In this document: positions 36,382 through 42,621 of the stretch, piece after piece | How positions within the stretch are numbered: the stretch's first letter is position 1 | How the letters are laid out: each line of letters begins with the position of its first letter | Source of the DNA: Alphaproteobacteria bacterium | GTDB lineage: Bacteria > Pseudomonadota > Alphaproteobacteria > Rhizobiales > JAKIUO01 | Reading direction: 5' to 3' | Assembly (NCBI GenBank): GCA_024280475.1 | Contig: JAJRQA010000183.1 | Coordinates: 1 to 42,621 of the forward strand | DNA length: 42,621 nucleotides | Translations under genes and position numbers: made by a program | Notes under the pieces: model-generated | What the model was told of the DNA's origin: nothing | The model's input: only the letters and a program-made list of their open reading frames with translations | The model's database searches: none

Positions 36382-38307
36382 ATGAATTCGAACTTCCGCA
36401 ATTTTGCGATCTGGGTCATTATCGGCCTCTTGCTGATCGCCCTGTTTAATCTGTTTCAGGGGCCTGTTCCACGCGGCAACTCCGACGAAATCAATTATTC
36501 CGAGTTCCTCACCAAGGTCAATGAGGGTGGCATTCGCGATGTGACGATTTCGGGCCGAAAAATTACCGGTCATTTGTCCAATGATCGCGCCTTTCAAACT
36601 TATGCGCCCGATGATCCCAAACTGGTCGAGCGTCTTGCTGAGAAGAATGTAAACATCAAGGCGCAACCGCTGGCCGAAGAGGGTCACAGCCTGTTCTCCA
36701 TTCTGATTTCCTGGTTCCCCATGTTGCTGTTGATCGCGGTATGGATTTTCTTCATGCGTCAGATGCAGTCGGGTTCGGGCCGTGCCATGGGCTTTGGCAA
36801 ATCAAAAGCCAAGCTTTTGACTGAGCAGCATGGCCGCGTCACATTTGAAGATGTGGCCGGCGTAGATGAAGCCAAGGAAGAGCTGGAAGAGATCGTCGAC
36901 TTTTTGCGCGATCCAGGCCGCTATCAACGTCTGGGCGGAAAAATTCCGCGCGGTGCTTTATTGGTTGGACCCCCAGGTACTGGTAAAACACTGATCGCCC
37001 GCGCTGTTGCCGGTGAAGCCAATGTGCCGTTCTATACAATTTCTGGTTCCGATTTCGTTGAAATGTTTGTGGGTGTTGGTGCATCGCGTGTGCGCGACAT
37101 GTTCGAGCAGGCCAAGAAGAATTCTCCGTGCATCATCTTTATCGATGAAATCGATGCCGTTGGTCGTCACAGGGGCGCCGGTCTTGGCGGCGGCAATGAT
37201 GAACGTGAGCAGACGCTCAATCAGTTGCTGGTGGAGATGGATGGCTTTGAAGAAAATGAAAGTGTTATCATTATAGCGGCCACCAACCGTCCCGACGTGC
37301 TGGACCCCGCTTTGTTGCGTCCGGGTCGTTTTGACCGTCAGGTTGTGGTGCCGCGCCCAGATATTATTGGCCGTGAGAAAATTCTTAAAATTCATGTGCG
37401 TAAAGTGCCGATCGCTCCCGATGTTGAGCTGCGCATCATTGCCCGCGGTACGCCCGGATTTTCTGGGGCAGATCTCGCCAATCTGGTCAATGAAGCAGCA
37501 CTGCTGGCGGCTCGTCGCTCCCGGCGCATGGTGACGCAGGCCGAATTTGAGGACGCCAAGGACAAGGTCATGATGGGCACCGAGCGCCGCTCCATGGTCA
37601 TGTCTGAAGAAGAGAAAAAACTCACTGCTTATCATGAAGGCGGGCATGCGCTGGTCGCCATGAAAATGCCAGCGTCGGATCCCGTGCACAAGGCAACAAT
37701 CATTCCGCGTGGCCGGGCGCTAGGCATGGTGATGCGTCTGCCAGAACGTGATCAGCTGTCCATGACCAGAGCCAAGATGCAAGCCGACATGGCAGTTGCC
37801 ATGGGCGGACGTGTGGCCGAAGAAATCATCTTTGGCCATGATATGGTGACTTCTGGCGCCTCCAGCGATATCAAGATGGCCACTAATCTGGCCAGAGCGA
37901 TGGCTACGCAATTTGGAATGTCCGACAAGCTTGGGCCTTTGGCTTATGGCGAAAACGAAGAAGAAGTGTTCCTTGGTCATTCTGTGGCTCGCTCACAGCA
38001 TATTTCTGACGATACGCAGAAAATTGTTGATGAAGAAGTGCATCGTTTCGTCGATGAAGGCTATGACAAGGCCCGCGAAATCCTCGAAAAGCATCTCGAT
38101 GAGCTGCATATAATCGGCAAGGGCCTGCTCGAATATGAAACCCTGTCAGGAAAAGAAATCCAGGATCTGCTGGATGGCAAATCACCGATCCGCGACTATG
38201 GCGATGATGGCGGCAATAATGAAAGCGCCGTGCCAACAGCTGGTGCCCCCAAGAAAAAAGGCGGCAGTGAGCCAGAACCAGGCGATTTGGAACCTCAGCC
38301 TTCTTAA
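36382..38307 (+). CDS. ftsH: ATP-dependent zinc metalloprotease FtsH
   Basis: It has two N-terminal TM helices, an AAA Walker [12 protein letters not shown], and zinc-binding HEGGHAL, in 641 aa. Confidence 0.95.
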   Translation: MNSNFRNFAIWVIIGLLLIALFNLFQGPVPRGNSDEINYSEFLTKVNEGGIRDVTISGRKITGHLSNDRAFQTYAPDDPKLVERLAEKNVNIKAQPLAEEGHSLFSILISWFPMLLLIAVWIFFMRQMQSGSGRAMGFGKSKAKLLTEQHGRVTFEDVAGVDEAKEELEEIVDFLRDPGRYQRLGGKIPRGALLVGPPGTGKTLIARAVAGEANVPFYTISGSDFVEMFVGVGASRVRDMFEQAKKNSPCIIFIDEIDAVGRHRGAGLGGGNDEREQTLNQLLVEMDGFEENESVIIIAATNRPDVLDPALLRPGRFDRQVVVPRPDIIGREKILKIHVRKVPIAPDVELRIIARGTPGFSGADLANLVNEAALLAARRSRRMVTQAEFEDAKDKVMMGTERRSMVMSEEEKKLTAYHEGGHALVAMKMPASDPVHKATIIPRGRALGMVMRLPERDQLSMTRAKMQADMAVAMGGRVAEEIIFGHDMVTSGASSDIKMATNLARAMATQFGMSDKLGPLAYGENEEEVFLGHSVARSQHISDDTQKIVDEEVHRFVDEGYDKAREILEKHLDELHIIGKGLLEYETLSGKEIQDLLDGKSPIRDYGDDGGNNESAVPTAGAPKKKGGSEPEPGDLEPQPS

Positions 38308-38345
38308 GAAGGCTGAGTTAGGGTTGGGCAAGCGAATTGAAGAAA

Positions 38346-38375
38346 GTCACCAACTACAGTTGGTGGCTTTTTTGC
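38346..38375 (+). terminator. rho-independent terminator of ftsH
   Basis: The sequence gtcaccaactacagttggtggc forms a perfect hairpin followed by ttttttgctttt. Confidence 0.7.
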
Positions 38376-38398
38376 TTTTGGAGAATGAAGGATAAACT

Positions 38399-38833
38399 AT
38401 GTCTATGACGGCTCGTGTATATCTGATCACTCAAGCAGCCTATGATGCAGCGATAAGCAAAGACGCAGAAAACTATCGTACATTAGAACATATTGATCTC
38501 GATAAGGCGTGGCATGGGATCCATTATTTGATTACCAATGACAGCTCGCTTGAGTTTCTTTTTTCGGGCGTTCAAATTGATGAGTTTTCAGAGCACTGCG
38601 AGGTTCATTCGCCGCAAGATGTCGCCAGCCTGTATGAAAAACTAAAGACGAGGAAAGTCGTTGATCTCATGGCTAAGTACGACCCTGAACATTTTGATAA
38701 ACTCAAAATCTATGGTGGGCCGGGTTGGTCGAAACGGGACAGCGAATATTTTCAGTCCAATCTGTTGGCCTTTTTGGATGTGTTAGAAACAGCATCTGCC
38801 AAAGGTTATGGCTTTTGCGTCGTCATTTGCTAA
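38399..38833 (+). CDS. YfbM/DUF1877-like hypothetical protein
   Basis: The 144-aa protein has a GAAGGA SD. I assigned it from remembered family features only. Confidence 0.4.
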   Translation: MSMTARVYLITQAAYDAAISKDAENYRTLEHIDLDKAWHGIHYLITNDSSLEFLFSGVQIDEFSEHCEVHSPQDVASLYEKLKTRKVVDLMAKYDPEHFDKLKIYGGPGWSKRDSEYFQSNLLAFLDVLETASAKGYGFCVVIC

Positions 38834-38924
38834 CCGCCTGCTTTCTCGCCTTTTGTGTTTGAAGTTCTGGTTAGGGAACCCGTGGATTTCACACTATCGG
38901 AGCGGCGTCGGGTTCTTATAGCTT

Positions 38925-39135
38925 CAGCCTAACAAGATGTGTCATCGCAGCGAAGGCTGGGAACCATAATCACAAAATACTCAATCGATCGCCCGCTCTT
39001 TCATATGTTGGGCAAGGGAGTATGGCCCCCAGCCTTCGCTGGGGTGACAGTGATAGGAAGCTGTTGGTAATCGGCTCTCAAAACAAATGGGGATGAAAAG
39101 GGCTTGCGCTCAAATAGCGAAGCGGTAGCGCAATT
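38925..39135. repeat. intergenic repeat element related to the 16.7-17.1 kb element
   Basis: A 15-bp inverted repeat gcagcgaaggctggg (38947-38961) faces cccagccttcgctgg (39028-39043). It shares the 18-mer caaatagcgaagcggtag (39111-39128) with 17023-17040, where 27 of 29 bp match including flanks. Confidence 0.6.
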
Positions 39136-39264
39136 CAAGATGCCCTTTGCTGCTGTCCGCATAGGCGATTTCTTTGACCTTCCCCATCGCACATCTGGAT
39201 TTTATGATCGACACCCTCTATATGTCTGGCAACAGATTTTTCCACCATACAAGGGACGCGATAA

Positions 39265-40221
39265 ATGGCTGATGTGAAACATGCAAAACTGATGATTTTG
39301 GGTTCAGGGCCGGCCGGTTATACGGCGGCGATTTACGCTGCACGCGCCATGGTCGAGCCCGTGCTTATTCAGGGCATGCAGCCCGGCGGACAGCTGACCA
39401 TTACTACGGAAGTTGAGAATTATCCCGGCTTTACCGAAGAAATTCAAGGCCCCTGGCTGATGGAACAGATGCAGGGACAGGCCGAGCGCGTGGGCACACA
39501 AATGGTCGAGGATCACATTGTCGAGGTGGATTTGACAGCCAAGCCCTTCACCATGAAGGGGGACGGCGACAATCGCTATAGTTGCGACGCGCTGATTATC
39601 TGCACGGGGGCGCAGGCGCGCTGGCTGGGCCTGCCATCAGAGACCAAGTTTCAGGGTTATGGGGTTTCGGCCTGCGCGACGTGCGACGGGTTTTTCTATC
39701 GCGGTAAAAATGTGATTGTCGTGGGCGGTGGTAATACGGCGCTGGAAGAGGCGATCTTTTTGACTAATTTTGCTGAGAAGGTTTATCTTGTGCATCGTAG
39801 AGACGAGCTGCGCGGGGAAAAAATATTGCAGCACCGTTTGCTCAATAATGACAAGATTGAAGTGATCTGGGACACGGTTCTGGACGAAGTCGTGGGAGAT
39901 GAAAAACCCATGATGGCGGTGACCGGTGCCAAGCTCAAAAACGTCAAGACCAATGAGGTATCCGAGCTGCAAATCGATGGTATTTTTATCGCCATTGGTC
40001 ATGCCCCCTCAACGGAGCTGTTTGAGGGCAAGCTGGACATGAAGCCCAATAAATATCTCATCACGGCACCAGACAGCACCAAAACAAATATCCCCGGCGT
40101 TTTTGCGGCTGGCGATGTCACCGATGATCTTTATCGCCAAGCGGTAACGGCTGCCGGCCTTGGCTGCATGGCGGCGCTGGAGGCCGAGAAATATCTAAAT
40201 GAACTGGAGGCGGAAGGTTAG
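39265..40221 (+). CDS. trxB: thioredoxin-disulfide reductase
   Basis: It has FAD-binding GSGPAGYTAA, the redox-active CATC (SACATCDGFFY) and NADPH-binding GGGNTALEEA, in 318 aa. Confidence 0.92.
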   Translation: MADVKHAKLMILGSGPAGYTAAIYAARAMVEPVLIQGMQPGGQLTITTEVENYPGFTEEIQGPWLMEQMQGQAERVGTQMVEDHIVEVDLTAKPFTMKGDGDNRYSCDALIICTGAQARWLGLPSETKFQGYGVSACATCDGFFYRGKNVIVVGGGNTALEEAIFLTNFAEKVYLVHRRDELRGEKILQHRLLNNDKIEVIWDTVLDEVVGDEKPMMAVTGAKLKNVKTNEVSELQIDGIFIAIGHAPSTELFEGKLDMKPNKYLITAPDSTKTNIPGVFAAGDVTDDLYRQAVTAAGLGCMAALEAEKYLNELEAEG

Positions 40222-40470
40222 GGGTATGCCTACAGCTATTTCAATCGATCCAAGAGGCTTATGATAAGGCGCTCGCGGGTTTCTACAAGTGCTTGAAAGC
40301 GTCGTTAGAAACGCCGTAATCATCTCATGACGGTTTATACAATAAAAAAGGCTGTTGAACGCAGCGCTAAGATTAATGACGTGGAGCGTCTCTCTGTCAT
40401 TGCCGATTTAAATGGGGATGAAAAAAGGCCTGCTCGTTCCCCCTGGCCTAGTTTGATCTCAGGCGGGGCA

Positions 40471-41367
40471 TCAATCAACAAGCTTCATGATGTCGCCCAT
40501 CAATTGGCTGAATCCGTCATAGGCTTTCAGATAGCTGCTTAATTCTTGCCCAAGTGTTTGCAGGCGGGCTTTTTCCATGGGACCTTTGGTGCCCGACTTC
40601 ATCAGATCTATGAGTTCTTCCATTTGGCCTTGTGCGGTCATGTCGGGTTTTTGCTGTGCCATGAACTCTCGCCATTGCTCCATGACAGGCAAATAGTTGG
40701 TATAATCAATGATCTGCTGATCGAACTTGATGTCACCGGTGTGATCGTGGGTACCTTGTACGATCTCTGTTGAGGCAATAGCGACATTGACATCTGATGA
40801 ACCGGAAATGATCGTCTCGGCCTGCACCGGATCGACATACGGGTCGATTTTTTCAATGACCGCCGTTTCAATAGGAGCCCCCATCTTGTTGAGCGTGGCA
40901 ATATTGAGTTTTTCAATTTTGCCAGTGTTGAAATCGATGGTGTAGTTGCCAGTGCTGGCCTTGTTTTCAATGCGCTCGTCGAGGATTTTTTTGATTGATG
41001 CAAGTTTCGAGACATCAGTATTGAAAAACAGGGTTCGCACGCCATCATTTGTCGAAATCACCAGATAGTGTTTCAAAACAGGAATGAGCGAAAGGCCGAC
41101 AACGACAAGACCAACGATGATCATCGTCAAATCATTTAGGCCCCCACCACCATAAAGAGCACTTTGTATCAAGAGACCATAGGCAGCGATAAACCCGCCA
41201 ATCATACGAATGTAGAATTTTATCACTGTATATGGGTCGTATCGAACAATGGAAATCGTTGAAATATTTTCAATCGAAATCGTTCTATTTTCTGTTTTGA
41301 AGGTGAAATCTCTTATTTCGAGTTCAGTATATTCCTCAGAAAGATTATCTAGCTTGGAATTGGACAT
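40471..41367 (-). CDS. hypothetical membrane protein (two TM helices, low-GC N-terminal half)
   Basis: The 298-aa protein has a soluble ~60-aa N-terminus, two TM helices (IGGFIAAYGLLIQSALYGGGG / MIIVGLVVVGLSLIPVL) and a ~190-aa C-terminal domain. Local GC is ~35-48% against ~52% in the flanks. Confidence 0.5.
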   Translation of the reverse strand: MSNSKLDNLSEEYTELEIRDFTFKTENRTISIENISTISIVRYDPYTVIKFYIRMIGGFIAAYGLLIQSALYGGGGLNDLTMIIVGLVVVGLSLIPVLKHYLVISTNDGVRTLFFNTDVSKLASIKKILDERIENKASTGNYTIDFNTGKIEKLNIATLNKMGAPIETAVIEKIDPYVDPVQAETIISGSSDVNVAIASTEIVQGTHDHTGDIKFDQQIIDYTNYLPVMEQWREFMAQQKPDMTAQGQMEELIDLMKSGTKGPMEKARLQTLGQELSSYLKAYDGFSQLMGDIMKLVD

Positions 41368-41579
41368 GAATTGAACCTTTGAAAGATCAGAATTTGTAGC
41401 TTTGTCCCTGTGAATAAGGGCTATGTTAATGCTAACAGCCCAGACTTATGCCAGCAATAAATGAATTGTCGCGCCCAATCATGCGCTGGGGACATTTTGT
41501 TTGTCTATTTAAAATGAGGATGAAAGTGGCTGGCCCTTTTTGCAGCCCTGCCACTTTGCTATCGGAGGGCATTCGTTCT

Positions 41580-42476
41580 CTAATTCCCTCGCGTCACTAC
41601 GAACCTTGTTGCCTCGACCAGCCATTCGGCGCGATCGCCAAATGGGGCCAAGGTTTTGATAGCCTCGGCCTCAAGGTCTGCAACATAAGCCCGGGCTTTT
41701 TCTACACCCATGCGAGCGACGACAGTGGCCTTTTTGCTGGCTTCATCCTTACCGGCGGTTTTGCCAATGATTTTGGTGTCAGCGGTGGTATCGAGAATAT
41801 CATCAGCGGCTTGATACATCAGTCCCAAAAGCTGGCCAAAGCTGCGTAATGTGTCGATTTCCTCTGGTTTGGCCTCCGCAATGATGCCCCCGGCCACGCA
41901 AGCATATTCTATCAGAGCGCCGGTCTTCATGGCATTAATGCGCTGGATGATGGCGAGGCGGGTTTTGCCGGCATTGCCCTCTTCTTCCAGATCCATCATC
42001 TGGCCACCGGCCATGCCCGCCCAGCCAGCGGCAACAGACAACTCCAGCACCAGTTGGGCGCGTATCGCTGGGTCCGAGTGACAGGCAGGGTGCGCAAGGA
42101 TTTCAAATGCCAGGGATTGCAGGGCGTCCCCCGCCAGAATGGCGGTGGCTTCATCATATTCCTTGTGAACCGTGGGCCGTCCGCGGCGCAAATCATCATC
42201 ATCCATCGCAGGCAAGTCATCATGAACAAGCGAATAGCTATGCATACATTCCAGCGCCGCGGCGGCATCGGCGACCCGGCCAGGGTTCTTGCCAAACATG
42301 CGGGCGCTTTCAATCATCAAAAAGGGCCGAAAACGCTTGCCGCCCGACATGACGGCATGGCTCATGGCGTCCGATAACGTACGGGGTGGTCCAAAATGTT
42401 GCCCGGGCATCAAATGAGTTTTGAGCCGGTCTGAAACAAGCTTGCTGTTTTCTTGCAGGCGCAGTGAAAAATCCAT
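41580..42476 (-). CDS. ispA: (2E,6E)-farnesyl diphosphate synthase / geranyltranstransferase
   Basis: It has the polyprenyl synthase first Asp-rich motif LVHDDLPAMDDDDLRRG and second motif ...QAADDILD, in 298 aa. Confidence 0.88.
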   Translation of the reverse strand: MDFSLRLQENSKLVSDRLKTHLMPGQHFGPPRTLSDAMSHAVMSGGKRFRPFLMIESARMFGKNPGRVADAAAALECMHSYSLVHDDLPAMDDDDLRRGRPTVHKEYDEATAILAGDALQSLAFEILAHPACHSDPAIRAQLVLELSVAAGWAGMAGGQMMDLEEEGNAGKTRLAIIQRINAMKTGALIEYACVAGGIIAEAKPEEIDTLRSFGQLLGLMYQAADDILDTTADTKIIGKTAGKDEASKKATVVARMGVEKARAYVADLEAEAIKTLAPFGDRAEWLVEATRFVVTRGN

Positions 42477-42621
42477 AATTGTCTCTTTATATTGCTCATC
42501 AGTTAAGCGTGTTCGCGCGAAGGCCCATGCGATAGCATGGAATGGCTTTGAGTGGTATAAAAAGAGCGCTGGTCATTGGCACTAAATGCCGCTATAAGAA
42601 GCGCAACAAATGCGATAAAAT

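Noticed and set aside
36163-36687. 174-aa minus-strand ORF overlapping the ftsH start
   Set aside because: It is antisense to the 5' end of a very high-confidence ftsH gene and its promoter region, and has no SD.
40327-40542. 71-aa plus-strand ORF downstream of trxB
   Set aside because: It overlaps the 3' end of the 298-aa minus-strand membrane-protein gene and has no recognisable features. It is kept only as a caveat.
1-42621. CRISPR arrays, insertion sequences, integrases
   Set aside because: No regularly spaced short repeats with unique spacers appear. No transposase or integrase-like translations were seen in any frame of the track.

Overview
This window looks like a chromosomal core region of an alphaproteobacterium, roughly 50-55% GC, with Hyphomicrobiales-like gene order: hbd-etfA-etfB, a LonN/thioredoxin pair, argJ-mutT, gloB, xerC, priA, murJ, trpS, yraN-gshB, yifB, ftsH, trxB and ispA. 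All product calls come from reading the supplied translations for conserved motifs, with no database search. Several accessory features stand out against this housekeeping background. The first is a soluble chemoreceptor that fuses a HemAT-type globin sensor, an MCP signalling domain, a CZB zinc-binding domain and a C-terminal PilZ domain. The second is a ~3.6 kb insertion between murJ and trpS. It carries a Gly-rich small membrane protein, an SPFH/slipin protein, a cluster of tRNA-like sequences with half-tRNA fragments in permuted order, and a membrane-anchored protein built from near-identical 120-bp tandem repeats. Two intergenic regions carry nested inverted and direct repeats that share an 18-mer, suggesting a MITE/RIME-like element family. 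Tandem alpha/beta-hydrolase paralogs and a set of ~36-bp direct repeats lie on either side of a TraB/GumN gene, the repeats in its leader. An orphan Flp pilin sits 22 kb from two TadE-like genes. A low-GC hypothetical membrane protein lies next to trxB. I found no CRISPR array, no rRNA, no transposase and no integrase.
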